DNA from: Felis catus
Taxonomy: Eukaryota
Length of the DNA stretch: 64,000 nt
NCBI RefSeq assembly: GCF_018350175.1
Contig: NC_058368.1
Location: 87,298,001 to 87,362,000, forward strand
Direction of reading: 5' to 3'
Shown here: one piece after another, positions 1 through 12,220 of the stretch
Layout of the letters: every line of letters begins with the position of its first letter
Numbering within the stretch: position 1 is the first letter of the stretch
Notes under the pieces: generated by a model
Seen by the model: the letters and a program-made list of their open reading frames with translations, nothing else
What the model was told of the DNA's origin: nothing
Databases searched by the model: none
Translations under genes and position numbers: made by a program

Positions 1-67
1 GTGAGAAGCAAAGAAATTCTCAATAGTTATAATTAATAAGTTCACATTTTAAAAAGCAAAATAACTA

Positions 68-225
68 GGGGCTCCTGGGTGGCTCTGTAGGTTAACCATC
101 CGACTTTGGCTCAGGTCATGATCTCGCCGCTCGTGGGTTCAAGCCCCGCATTGGGTTCTGTGCTGGCAGCTCAGCTTGGAGCCTGCTTTGGATTCTGTGT
201 CTCCTTCTCTCTCTGACCCTCCCCT

Positions 226-273
<48 letters not shown>

Positions 274-305
274 AAAAATAAATAAACACTAAAAAAAATA
301 TTTTT
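68..305 (+). mobile_element. CanSINE (SINEC_Fc-like, tRNA-derived)
   Basis: GGGGCTCCTGGGTGGCTC head, (CT)n, AATAAA/A-rich tail; 14-bp TSD AAGCAAAATAACTA at 54-67 and 306-319. Confidence 0.95.
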
Positions 306-1373
306 AAGCAAAATAACTAAAAGTAGAAAGGGCATTGTTATGTGACAACTCTGCATTATAACCTATCCTAGTAAAAGTTTGCAGTATAAAATAAAAATCA
401 GATAGTGTGGAAGTACAAACATATTTGTGAGAGGAATGTATTGGAGTAATGTGGCACTTGGACTTTTTAAACTGCAGTACACTGTAACTTCCTGTGTGGC
501 CTATTTGGGGAATAGCTACAAATTGCTGAAGGGTAAAACAATCATGATAGCATGGGCATGATAAAGGAATTGAGGGGAAAAGCTAACCTCAAAACTGAGT
601 ATTGGTGAGCTGAGTTTGGAAAATGCTAAGTTTAAGATATTGGTGGAACATTCCAGAAAAAAATCTCCTATAAGAGGTAGGGATTTGAGAGGGAAATGAA
701 ATTATGCATTTTGAAAATTCATAGTCTACAGAAAAGAGATGACACCATTTAGAAAGAATCTGGGGGAACACAGAGGAAAAATTTAAAGATGAGATAAAAA
801 AAAGAAGGAAAAGATGAAACAAGGGAGAAAAAGATGACAGAATAAGAGGAAAATAAAACTAGTGAAAACTAGGAAGACAAGAGCTAGATGAAAAACAAAG
901 GGAGCCAAGTTACACAAAACAAACTACCTGTTGATGGCCTCTTTCCCAAAGAAAGAGTCTACACTGTTACATAGCTGTAATAGCCCTCCAACTTCTATCC
1001 TGTCTATCCAAGCATCCAAGTACCCTTAACTTAACTGGACTGAAAGGAAACAGTATGTAGTAATTCCTTTAAAAATTTTCTGAGAGAAATGTGCCACTTT
1101 CAAAGGATTGAAATCCCCATTCTTGATGACATGATAGCACTGTGTTTTATGAAGGAGCTAGGAGAGAGAAACAAGGATGCAGGAAAGAAGAGACAGACAG
1201 ACAGACCTACACCCACAGAATGAGAGAGAGACTAAGAGAGGACAAGGGAAAAGAGAGGAGAGAGAAGAGAAAGGAAGAGAGAAGGAAGGAGAGTAAGTAT
1301 AGACATAATTGTAGACTAAATATGATAACAGTACCTAACACTTATATAGACCTTATCATGTGATAAATAAGTT

Positions 1374-1625
1374 TGATGATGATGATGATGATGATGATAG
1401 AGATGATAGATAGATATTGGGTTGATAGATAATGGTAGATATATACATAGATGATGAATGGATATACATTATAGAGAGGTTATAAATAGATGATAAATAG
1501 ATGATAGATTAGATAGATAGATGATAGATAGATATAGATAGATAGATGATAGATAGCAGATGATTAGATAGATAATAGAGAGATGATAGATAGATAGATA
1601 GATAGGTAGATGATAGATATAGACA
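1374..1625. repeat. Compound (GAT)n/(GATA)n microsatellite
   Basis: Direct reading of tandem GAT and GATA units. Confidence 0.9.
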
Positions 1626-1689
1626 GAACTTAGTTATATAAAAATTATTTTAAGATATTTAAATAACCATATAAGTTAAGTTAAGGACT

Positions 1690-1810
1690 ATTTTTATTCT
1701 CACTTTTTAAATAAGGAAACTAAAATGTGTAGAGGTTAAGTGACTTGACCAAGTCCACAAGTGATTGAGATTCAACTTCAGCACTCACTGCACTTAACCA
1801 CTACACCATA
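1690..1810 (-). mobile_element. MIR fragment
   Basis: ...TAAGGAAACTAAAATGTGTAGAGGTTAAGTGACTTGACCAAGTCCACA resembles the MIR core in antisense. Confidence 0.6.
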
Positions 1811-2223
1811 CAACAACAGAGTTGAGGAGAAAGAAAGTTAACCTAAGTGGGCTGAAAAAAAAAATCATATAGTGCTTCTGTTAATTTTTTTTGAATACTT
1901 CAAAAGGATTTAAAGGATTCAAAAGATTGCATTCCACTTCTATGACCTGAGAGAAGTATGTCATAAAGACTTGGGTTGACTGAGCTCAATGAAGAGTTTC
2001 TCAGCATATCTAGGATATTCCAAATCTAATCCTACTTTAGTAGCAGGTGTGAAGGCAGTATTTAAATAGAATCAGCCCAATCTTTTGAGAAATTCTCATA
2101 ACAATTATGAAGATTATCCCACCAACATAGTTGAAGGTTTCAAGATGTTTATTGAAACATAAAAGTCATGCTTAATCTCTAAACTGTGTCTCTCTCCTTC
2201 TAGCCATACATAAGGTGGGTTCC

Positions 2224-3156
2224 ATGGAAGGAGAAAATATGAGTTTCCCTAGAACTATTGTGTTGTTGGGCTTCTCAGATTATCCATGGCTAGAAATGCC
2301 CCTCTTTGGAGTGGTCCTGGTCTCTTACATCCTCACCCTGATAGGGAACAGCTCCATCATCTTTCTTTCCACGGTGGAGCCCAGAGTCCAGATCCCCATG
2401 TATTTCTTCCTGGGCAATCTCTCTGTACTGGACGTTTGTGTCACCTGCGCCATTGTGCCCCAGCTGCTGGTGAACCTCTGGGGACCAGAGAAGACAATTC
2501 TTTCTTGGGGCTGCATCACCCAGGCCTACATCTTCCACTGGACAGGATGCACTGAATGTGCTCTGCTGGCAGTAATGGCTTTTGATCGCTATGTGGCTAT
2601 CTGTCAGCCCCTCTGGTACACTCTTATCATGAGGCCCTGGGTGTGTGTGCAACTGGCAACTGCTGCCTGGTCCAGTGGCCTGGCAAATTCAATACTCCAA
2701 ACTACGCTTACTCTCCAGCTCCACCACTGCAGTCACCACACACTTGACCACTTCTGTGAAGTACCTGTTCTGATCAAGCTGGCCTATGGTGATACCACTG
2801 CTAATGAGCTGTCTCTGGCCATTGGAGCCATCTCTTTTGCACTGATGTCTCCTCTGCTTGTGCTAATCTCCTACACATTAATTGTCAAGGCTGTGTTGAA
2901 GTTACCTTCAGCTGACAAAAGGTACAAGGCACTCATCACATGCAGCTCCCACTTGGTGGTTGTCATCATGTACTTTGGACCAGCCATCTGCATGTACATC
3001 CAACCCCCTGAAAATAGCACCCAGGCCAAGTTTATGTCCTTCTTCTACTGTGTTGTCACCCCACTGCTCAACCCACTCATCTACACTCGGAGAAACAAGG
3101 ATGTGAAGAGAGTGTGGAAAAGGATTCTACAACCTCAGAGTGAGGTAAAATCCTAA
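2224..3156 (+). CDS. Olfactory receptor, class II family 2 (OR2B11-like paralogue), 310 aa, open frame but degenerate motifs
   Basis: ATG at 2224 just after a splice acceptor (TCTCTCTCCTTCTAG, AG 2202-2203); N-glycosylation site NMS; motifs GN, PMYFFL, MAFDRYVAIC, SY, TCSSH, PLLNPLIY; TAA at 3154-3156. Confidence 0.9.
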   Translation: MEGENMSFPRTIVLLGFSDYPWLEMPLFGVVLVSYILTLIGNSSIIFLSTVEPRVQIPMYFFLGNLSVLDVCVTCAIVPQLLVNLWGPEKTILSWGCITQAYIFHWTGCTECALLAVMAFDRYVAICQPLWYTLIMRPWVCVQLATAAWSSGLANSILQTTLTLQLHHCSHHTLDHFCEVPVLIKLAYGDTTANELSLAIGAISFALMSPLLVLISYTLIVKAVLKLPSADKRYKALITCSSHLVVVIMYFGPAICMYIQPPENSTQAKFMSFFYCVVTPLLNPLIYTRRNKDVKRVWKRILQPQSEVKS

Positions 3157-3474
3157 GAAGGATAGACGTCATAAAAAAGCCAGATAGTCTCTGCCTGTCT
3201 CCTGGGCCAACCCCATGCGCAACTCAGTAAATACTGGCAGGTCTGTTTCCAAATGAGTGTCCATGAGCTCCAAGGAAAGAGTTCCCATCTGTCAACATCA
3301 ACCAGCCTGATGTCTGGAGAAACTCTTCCAATTAGAAAGTGCTCTGTTCTGAAATCTCAAGTACAGCAATGCTACTCCTTTTTAACACTTCCTAAATGTC
3401 TTGTTCTCAGTGGAAAGAATGAGTCTGCATATCTGTAGGAGGGTAAGTAACACCATCTTTTCAAATAGCTTTCT

Positions 3475-3683
3475 TTCTCTTAATGCTTATTTGTTTTGAG
3501 AGAGAATATGTGTGAGTGAGCGAGGAAGAGGTAGAGAGAGGGGGAGAGAGAGAGAATCCCAAGCAGGCTCCATGCTGTCAGCACAAAGTCTGACTCAGGG
3601 CTCTACCTCACAAACCATGAGAGCGTGAACTGAGCTGAAATCAAGAGTCAGATGCTTAACCAGCTCAGCCACCCAGGCGCCTC
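3475..3683 (-). mobile_element. CanSINE
   Basis: Ends ...CAGCCACCCAGGCGCCTC; imperfect TSD TCAAATAGCTTTCT / TCAAATCACTTTCT. Confidence 0.9.
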
Positions 3684-3814
3684 TCAAATCACTTTCTATA
3701 ACAGCTCCCCTTTACTAGATAGCATACAAGAAAATTTGGTGGAAAACTTTCATACAGATCCCAACAAGAGTTTTAAATAATACTTCATTGGATTCATTAC
3801 ATCTCATTCACAAA

Positions 3815-3827
3815 CCTATGTTTATTT

Positions 3828-3876
<49 letters not shown>

Positions 3877-4045
3877 TGTGTGCATGCCTGAGCAGATCAG
3901 GGGCAGAGAGAGAGAGAATACCAAGCACATTCTGAGCTGTTAGCACAGAGCCCAATATAGGGCTCGAACTCACAATTTGTGAGTTCATGACCTGAGCCGA
4001 AATCAAGACTTAGAGGCTTAACCCACTGAGCTACCCAGGTACCCC
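3815..4045 (-). mobile_element. CanSINE
   Basis: TTTATTT, (GA)n, ...CTGAGCTACCCAGGTACCCC. Confidence 0.9.
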
Positions 4046-4199
4046 ATCATATGCAAATTATTATGATCTCTCCAGTCTCTGAGTGTCTCAGTTGCTCTCT
4101 CCTTTCTCAAACACCTTATCACCCTAAAATTTATCATATTCTTACCTCAGCAATGCCCTCACCATCTGTATTCAATTATTCATTAATAAAACAATTTCA

Positions 4200-4318
4200 G
4201 GGGCACTTGGCTGGCTCAGTTGGTGGAGCATCTGGCTGTAAATCTCAGGGTTGTGAGTTCCAGCCTTATGCTTGGTGTAGAGATTATTTAAAAATAAAAT
4301 CCTTAAAAGAAATAAAAT
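4200..4318 (+). mobile_element. Short CanSINE variant lacking the (CT)n region
   Basis: GGGGCACTTGGCTGGCTCAGTTGG head, A-rich tail, TSD AAAA(C/T)AATTTCA. Confidence 0.8.
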
Positions 4319-6584
4319 AAAATAATTTCAACCTCCCCATAACACATTTCTTTCACTTATCTCAATTAATTCATGACAAATATGAATCAATATGCCTTTA
4401 TATTTCTTATACATGTATGAACCAACTCCATTTGTTTAATTTCACTATTTCACTATATGCTTTGGAAGGTTAGAGACAACCTTCTTTGAAGTTATATAGA
4501 AAAGAAAATTTTTCCATCAAATCTGATTCAAATGAACTGATGAAGTTCTGAACAGGGTACCATCCTAGACTGTCTTCTGTGACCTGGGGAAGTTCAGAGA
4601 AAGTTAAGTGTTTCAAAGATGCTTCCCCATAAGCAAAGCTTTTGTTTCCATTTCCAAAATGTTGGGTTGAGAAGTTAGTTTCTGCTCAAATACATAAAAC
4701 AAAGAAGGCATATTGGAAAGGAGGGACTTAAATTTAGTTTAGGAAATATCTATTTTCAAATAACATGGAAAAAGATTAAAGTAGCAGTATTAAACTGTTT
4801 CAAGTCTGTTAGTTAACTGGAATCCATGCTTCTTTATTACAAAAGATCAAAAGTAGGCATCACTAGACAAAAAAGAAGTTGTCTATGGCTTTGGTAGATG
4901 TCTAAAACAAACTCTATAGGGGACATTATGTACTTTGGATCGGTAGTGAGGATCATTTTGTACTTAACTCTTAGTCCAAATTTTTGTTCAAACCTGGCTC
5001 TGTTTAGATGTATCTTGGACATTTAGAGCCTAATATTTATTGATCAATATACAATAGAAGAAGGTCTCTAACCTTCCAAAGCATATAGTGAAGCTCACTT
5101 TCCACACACACACACACACACACAGACACATCCCAAAATTCTGAAATGTGACAAGTTCCATTTGTTATAACTTTTTATACTTATCTTTCTGGGGAAAAGT
5201 TATGAAAAAATATCAGTAAAATCAGTCATCAGTAAATTAATTTCCTGTCACAGTTTAGTTTTTGATATTAACCCTAACTTTTTTTTTCTGAGAAAAGGAT
5301 AAAATATTCATGTTAATCATCAAGGAACCTCAAAAACTTTCAGGAGAAAATGAACAATAGCTTTCAGAGGATACTCAGGAGGCCCCTGACAAAAATGGAG
5401 GTTTATTTCTGAAAAAAGGAATTTTTGTACCACACTTAGTATTGATTTACAATGGGAAATATCAAAGAGTAAAAGCAACTGGCTGTTCAGAGAACTGGAA
5501 GAAGATTATTGGGAATACACTTACACCTTGAATATAAACCAGAAACTCATATATGAATGGTATGCAACACATTTTTCCTTTAATTTTTATTTTTAATTAA
5601 CTTATTTAAAATCACATTAGTTAACATACAATGTAGTAGTGGCTTAAAGAGTAAAACCCAGGGATCCTGGGAAGATGGTGGTGTAGGAGGATGCTGGGCT
5701 CACCCTGCGTCCTGCTGATCACTTAGATTCCACCTACACCTGCCTAAATAACCCAGAAAACCGCCAGAAGACTAGCAGAATGGAGTCTCCAGAACCAAGC
5801 GCAGACAAGAGGCCCACGGAAGAGGGTAGGAAGGATAGCGAGGCGGTGCGCGCTCCACGGACTGACAGGAGGGAGCTGGGGTGGAGAGGCATCCAGCCGG
5901 CAAAGCAGAGCCCCCAAGTCTGGCTTGCAAAAGCAGAGGCGCCAGATGGAGTGTGTTCGGACAGCAAGTGGGACTTGACATCTGGAAGGTTATAAGCTAA
6001 CAGCTCGGCTCGGAGAGCGGGAAGCCTGGAGGACAACAGGAGGGAGAGTTGTTTAGCCCTGGACCACAGAGCTGAGCTTGGTGGGGAACAAAGGCGCTCG
6101 CCAGCACCATCTCCCTCACCCATCCCGCAGCCAAAATCCCAAAGGGAACCGGTTCCTGACGGGGAACTTGGTTGCACCACGCAAACACCCAACGCTGTTC
6201 TTCTGTGGATCCATCCAACTAGCGGGTCTGACTCCCTCCCGGTGCTGTAGGGGCCCTCCCAAAGCAGATCTCCAAAGGAAAAGTGAGCTGAGCCTGCCCT
6301 TCCTGCCCCTGTGCACCTTGCTGATCCACCCCAGCTAATACACCAGTTCCCCAACACCACAAGCCAGGCAATGTGCAAGTAGCCCAGAAGGGACATGCTA
6401 CCCCACAGTGAATCCTGCCCCTAGGAGAGGGAAGAGAAAGCCCACACCAGTCTGACTGTGGCCCCAGCGGTGGGCTGGGGGCAGACATAGGGTCTGACTG
6501 CGGCCCCACCCACCAACTCAAGTTATTCAAGACAGCACAGGGAAAGTGCCTTGCAGTTCTGCACCACTCCAGGGACTATCGAAA

Positions 6585-7474
6585 ATGACGAAACGGAAGA
6601 ATTCCCCTCAGAAAAGTGTCCAGGAAATAAAAACAGCTAACGAACTGATCAAAAATGATTTACACAATATAACAGAAAGTGAATTTAGAATAATAGTCAT
6701 AAAATTAATCGCTGGGCTTGAAAACAGTATAGAGGACAGCAGAGAATCTATTGCTACAGAGATCAAGGGACTAAGGAACAGCCAGGAGGAGTTAAAAAAT
6801 ACTATAAATGAGCTGCAAAATAAAATGGAGACAACCACGGGACGGATTGAAGAGGCAGAGGAGAGAATAGGTGAACGACAAGATAAATTATGGAAAAAGA
6901 AGAAGATGAGAAAAAGAGAGATAAAAAAATCCAGGAGTATGAGGGGAAAAGTAGAGAACTAAGTGATGCACTAAAAAGAAATAATCTACGCATAATTGAT
7001 ATTCCAAGGAGGAAGAGAGAGGGAAAGGTGCTGAAGGTGTACTTGAAGAAATAATAGCTGGGAACTTCCCTGATCTGGGGAAGGAAAAAGGCATTGAAAT
7101 CCAAGAGGCACAGAGAACTCCCTTCAGACGTAACTTGAATCGATCTTCTGCACGACGTATCATAGTGACACTGGCAAAATACAAGGATAAAGAGAGAATT
7201 CTGAAAGCAGCTAGAGAGAAACATGCTCTAACATATAAAGGGAGATCTATAAGACTCGTGACGGATCTCTCTATTGAAACTTGGCAGGTCAGAAAGGAAT
7301 GGCATGAGATCTTCAATGTGCTGAACAAAAAAATATGCAGCCGAGAATCCTTTATCCAGAAAGTCTGTCATTTAGAATAGAAGGAGAAATAAAGGTTTCC
7401 CACACAAACAAAAAATGAAGGAATTCATCACCACTAAACCAGCCCTACAAGAGATCTGAAGAGGGATCCTGTGA
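6585..7474 (+). pseudogene. L1 ORF1p, frameshifted
   Basis: MTKRKNSPQK... coiled-coil start; pieces in different frames (6546-6962, 7135-7380). Confidence 0.9.
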
Positions 7475-7524
7475 GACAAAGTACCAGATACATCACTACA
7501 AGCATGAAACCTACGGACATCACA

Positions 7525-10500
7525 ATGACTCTAAACCCATATCTTTCTATAATAACACTGAATATAAATGGACTAAATGAGCTAACCAAAAGACATAGGG
7601 TACCAGAATGGATAAAAAAAACAAGACTCATCTATTTGCTGTCTACAAGAGACTCATTTTAGACGTGAGGAAACTTTCAGATTGAGAGTGAGGGGATGGA
7701 GAACTATTTGTCATGCTACTGGAAGTCAAAAGAGAGCTAGAGTAGCCATACTTATATCAGACAAACTAGACTTTAAATTAAAGGCTGTAACAAGAGATGA
7801 AAAGGCCATTATATAATAATCACAGGGTCTATCCATCAGGAAGAGTAAACAATTATAAATGTCTATGTGCTGAATACAGGAGCCCCCAAATATATAAAAC
7901 AATTACTCACAAACATAAGCAACCTTATTGATAAGAATGTGGTAATTGCAGGGGACTTTAACACTCCAATTACAGAAATGGATAGATCATCTAGACACAC
8001 GGTCAATAAAGAAACAAGGGCCCTGAATGATACATTGGATCAGTTGGACTTGACAGATATATTTAGAACTGTGCATCCCAAAGCACCAGAATACACTTTC
8101 TTCTCTAGTGCAAAAGGAACATTCTCCAAGACAGATCACATACTGGGTCACAAAACAGCCCTTCATAAGTATACAAGAATTGAGATCATACCATGCATAC
8201 TTTCAGACCACAATGCTATGAAGCTTGAAATCAACCACAGGAAAAAGTCTGGAAAACCTCCAAAAGCATGGAGGTTAAAGAACACCCTACTAAAGAATGA
8301 ATGGGTCAACCAAGCAATTAGAGAGGAAACAAACGAAAATGAAACTACAACGATCCAAACGCTTTGGGATGCAGCAAAGGCAGTCCTGAGAGGAAAATAC
8401 ATTGCAATCCAGGCCTATCTCAAGAAATGAGAACAATCCCAAATACAAAATCTAACAGCACACCTAAAGGAAATAGAAGCAGAACAGCAAAGACAGCCTA
8501 AACCCACCAGAAGAAGAGAAATAAAAAAGATCAGAGCAGAAGTAAACAATATAGAATCTAAAGAAACTGTAGAGCAGATCAACGAAACCAAGAGTTGGTT
8601 TTTTGAAAAAATAAACAAAATTGACAAACCTCTAGCCAGGCTTCTCAAAAAGAAAAGGGAGATGACCCAAATAGATAAAATCATGAATGAAAATGGAATT
8701 ATTACAACCAATCCTTCAGAGATATTAGCAATTATCAGGGAATACTATGAAAAATTATATGCCAACTAACTGGACAACCTGGAAGCAATGGACCACTTCC
8801 TAAACACCCACACGCTTCCAAAACTCAATCAGGAGGAAATAGAAAGCTTGAACAGACCCATAACCAGCGAAGAAATTGAATCAGTTATCAAAAAATGTCC
8901 CAACAAATAAGAGTCCAGGACCAGATGGCTTCCCAGGGGAGTTCTACCAGACGTTTAAAGCAGAGATAATACCTATCCTTCTCAAGCTACTCCAAAAAAT
9001 AGAAAGGGAAGGAAAACTTCCAGACTCATTCTATGAAGCCAGTATTACTTTGATTCCTAAACCAGACAGAGACCCAGAAAAAAAGAGAGCTACAGGCCAA
9101 TATCCCTGATGAATATGGATGCAAAAATTCTCCATAAGATACTAGCAAATCGAATTCAACAGCATATACAAAGAATTATTCACCATGATCAAGTGGGATT
9201 TATTCCTGGGATGCAGGGCTGGTTCAACATTTGCAAACCAATCAATGTGACACATCACATTAATAAAAGAAAAGATAAGAACCATATGATCCTGTCAATC
9301 GATGCAGAAAAAGCCTTTGACAAAATTCAGCACCCTTTCCTAATAAAAACCCTCAAGAAAGTCGGGATAGAAGGAACATACTTAAAGATCATCAAAGCCA
9401 TTTATGAAAAGCCCACAGCTAACATCATCCTCCATGGGGAAAAACTGAGAGCTTTTTCCCTGAGATCAGGAACACGGCAGGGATGTCCACTCTCACCGCT
9501 GTTGTTTAACATAGTGTTGGAAGTTCTAGCATCAGCCATCAGACAACAAAAGGAAATCAAAGGCATCCACATTGGCAAAGACGAAGTCAAGCTTTCACTT
9601 TTTGCAGATGACATGATATTATACATGGAAAATCCGACAGACTCCACCAAAAGTCTGCTAGAACTGATACATGAATTTAGCAAAGTTGCAGGATACAAAA
9701 TCAATGAACAGAAATCAGTTACATTCTTATACACTAATAATGAAGCAACAGAAAGACAAATAAAGAAACTGACCCCATTCACAATTGCACCAAGAAGCAT
9801 AAAATACCTAGGAATAAATCTAACCAAAGATGTAAAGGATCTGTATGCTGAAAACTATAGAAAGCTTATGAAGGAAATTGAAGAAGATATAAAGAAATGG
9901 AAAAACATTCCATGCTCATGGATTGGAAGAATAAACAATGTCAAAATGTCAATACTACCCAAAGCTATCTACACATTCAATGCAATCCCAATCAAAATTG
10001 CACCAGCATTCTTCTTGAAACTAGAACAAGGAATCCTAAAATTCACATGGAACCACAAAAGGCCCCGAATAGCCAAAGTAATTTTGAAGAAGACCAAAGC
10101 AGGAGGCATTACAATCCCAGACTTGAGCCTCTACTACAAAGCTGTCATCATCAAGACAGCATGATATTGGCACAAAAACAGACACATAGGCCAATGGAAT
10201 AGAATAGAAACCCCAGAACTAGACCCACAAACGTATGGCCAACTCATCTTTGACAAAGCAGGAAAGAACATCCAATGGAAAAAAGACAGCCTCTTTAACA
10301 AATGGTGCTGGGAGAACTGGACAGCAACATGCAGAAGGTTGAAACTAGACCACTTTCTCACAAAAATAAACTCAAAATGGATAAAGGACCTGAATGTGAG
10401 ACAGGAAACCATCAAAACCCTAGAGGAGAAAGCAGGAAAAGACCTCTCTGACTTCAGCTGCAGCAATTTCTTACTTGACACATCCCCAAAGGCAAGGGAA

Positions 10501-11319
10501 TTAAAAGCAAAAATGAACTACTGGGACCTCATGAAGATAAAAACCTTCTGCACAGCAAAGGAAACAACCAACAAAACTAAAAGGCAGCCAACGGAATGGG
10601 AAAAGATATTTGCAAATGACCTATCGGACAAAAGGCTAGTATCCAAAATCTATAAAGAGCTCACCAAACTCCACACCCAAAAAACAAATAACCCAGTGAA
10701 GAAATGGGCAGAAAGCATGAATAGACACTTTTCTAAAGAAGACATCCGGATGGCCAACAGGCACATGAAAAGATGCTCAACGTCGCTCCTCATCAGGGAA
10801 TTACAAATCAAAACCACACTCAGATATCACCTCACGCCAGTCAGAGTGGCCAAAATGAACAAATCAGGAGACTATAGATGCTGGAGAGGATGTGGAGAAA
10901 TGGGAACCCTCTTGCACTGTTGGTGGGAATGCAAACTGGTGCAGCCGCTCTGGAAAACAGTGTGGAGGTCCCTCAAAAAATTAAAAATAGGTCTACCCTA
11001 TGACCCAGCAATAGCACTGCTAGGAATTTACCCAAGGGATACAGGAGTACAGATGCAGAGGGGCACTTGTCCCCCAATGTTTGTAGCAGCACTTTCAACA
11101 ATAGCCAAATTATGGAAAGAGCCTAAATTTCCATCAACTGATGAATGGATAAAGAAATTGTGGTTTATATACACAATGGAGTACTACGTGGGAATGAGAA
11201 AGAATGAAATATGGCTTTTTGTAGCAACGTGGATGGAACTGGAGAGTGTGATGCTAAGTGAAATAAGCCATACAGAGAAAGACAGATACCGTATGTTTTC
11301 ATTCTTATGTGGATCCTGA
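7525..11319 (+). pseudogene. L1 ORF2p (endonuclease, reverse transcriptase, C-terminal domain), disrupted
   Basis: MTLNPYLSIITLN start; GDFN and SDH endonuclease motifs; QGCPLSP and FADD RT motifs; HCWWEC; split by stops and frameshifts. Confidence 0.95.
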
Positions 11320-11573
11320 GAAACTTAACAGAAACCCATGGGGGAGGGGACGGAAAAAAATAGGTTAGAGTGGAAGACAGCCAAAGCATAAGAGACTCTT
11401 AAAAGCTGAGAACAAACTGAGGGTTGATGGGGGGTGGGAGGGAGGGGAGGGTGGGTGATGGGTATTTAAGAGGTCACCTTTTGGGATGAGCACTGGGTGT
11501 TGTATGGAAACCAATTTGACAATAAACTTCATATATTGGGAAAAAAAAAAAAAAACAAGAGTAAAACCCAGTG

Positions 11574-11782
11574 GTGGCGCCTGGGTGGCTCAGTAAGTTA
11601 AGCATCCGACTTCGGATCGGGTCACGATCTCATGGTCCGTGGGTTCAAACCCTGCGTCGGGCTCTGTGCTGACAGCTCAGAGCCTGGAGCCTGCTTCTGT
11701 CTCTCCCTCTCCCTCTTCCTTTCCCCTCCCCCACTTACAGTTTGCCTCTCCTCAAAAAAATAAACATTAAAAAATGAAAATA
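11574..11782 (+). mobile_element. CanSINE sharing its target site with L1 copy 1
   Basis: GTGGCGCCTGGGTGGCTCAG head; flanked by AAGAGTAAAACCCAGTG and AAGAATAAAACCCAGCA. Confidence 0.93.
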
Positions 11783-12142
11783 AAGAATAAAACCCAGCAA
11801 TTCATCACTTACATATAACACCCAGTGCTCATCCCAACAAGGGCCCTCCTTAATGTCCATTGTTCATTTAGCCCATCTCCCCAACCACCTCCTTTCCAGA
11901 AACATTCAGTTTGTTCTCTGTTTAAGAGTCTCTTATGCCTCCATCTCTCTTCTTATCTTATTTTTGCTTCCCTTTCCCTACATTCATCTGTTGTGTTTCT
12001 TAAATTCCACATATGAGTGAAAACATATGATATCTGTCTTCCTCTGACTGACTTATTTCATTTAACATAGTACACTCTATTCCACCCACATTGATGCAAT
12101 TGGCAAGATTTCATTATTTTTTATTTCCAAGTAGTATTCCAT

Positions 12143-12145
12143 TGT

Positions 12146-12185
<40 letters not shown>

Positions 12186-12220
12186 ACACACACACACACA
12201 CACACACATATACATATATA
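12143..12220. repeat. (TG)n-(CA)n self-complementary microsatellite inside old L1
   Basis: Direct reading. Confidence 0.9.

Larger units (their letters stand above)
5662..11556 (+). mobile_element. Full-length young felid-type L1 (copy 1), inactivated
   Basis: GGGAAGATGG 5' end, ~900-bp 5'UTR, ORF1, ORF2, G-rich 3'UTR, AATAAA, poly(A); perfect 15-bp TSD AAGAGTAAAACCCAG at 5647-5661 and 11557-11571. Confidence 0.97.

Noticed and set aside
68..305. SINE heads as tRNA genes
   Set aside because: They are tRNA-derived CanSINE heads followed by (CT)n, A tails and TSDs
1374..1625. Repeat tracts as a CRISPR-like array
   Set aside because: Simple microsatellite with no repeat-spacer structure; eukaryotic context
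2215..2223. GTG start used by the ORF track for the first OR
   Set aside because: A true ATG with G at +4 is at 2224, giving a normal OR N-terminus
5734..6530. Antisense ORFs in L1 5'UTRs as an ORF0-like gene
   Set aside because: Many rely on non-ATG starts and the frames differ between copies; expected in GC-rich UTRs
9109..11319. Long ORFs (351 and 326 aa) as an active reverse transcriptase or novel RT system
   Set aside because: They are fragments of a disrupted L1 ORF2; ORF1 and ORF2 are frameshifted in all four young copies
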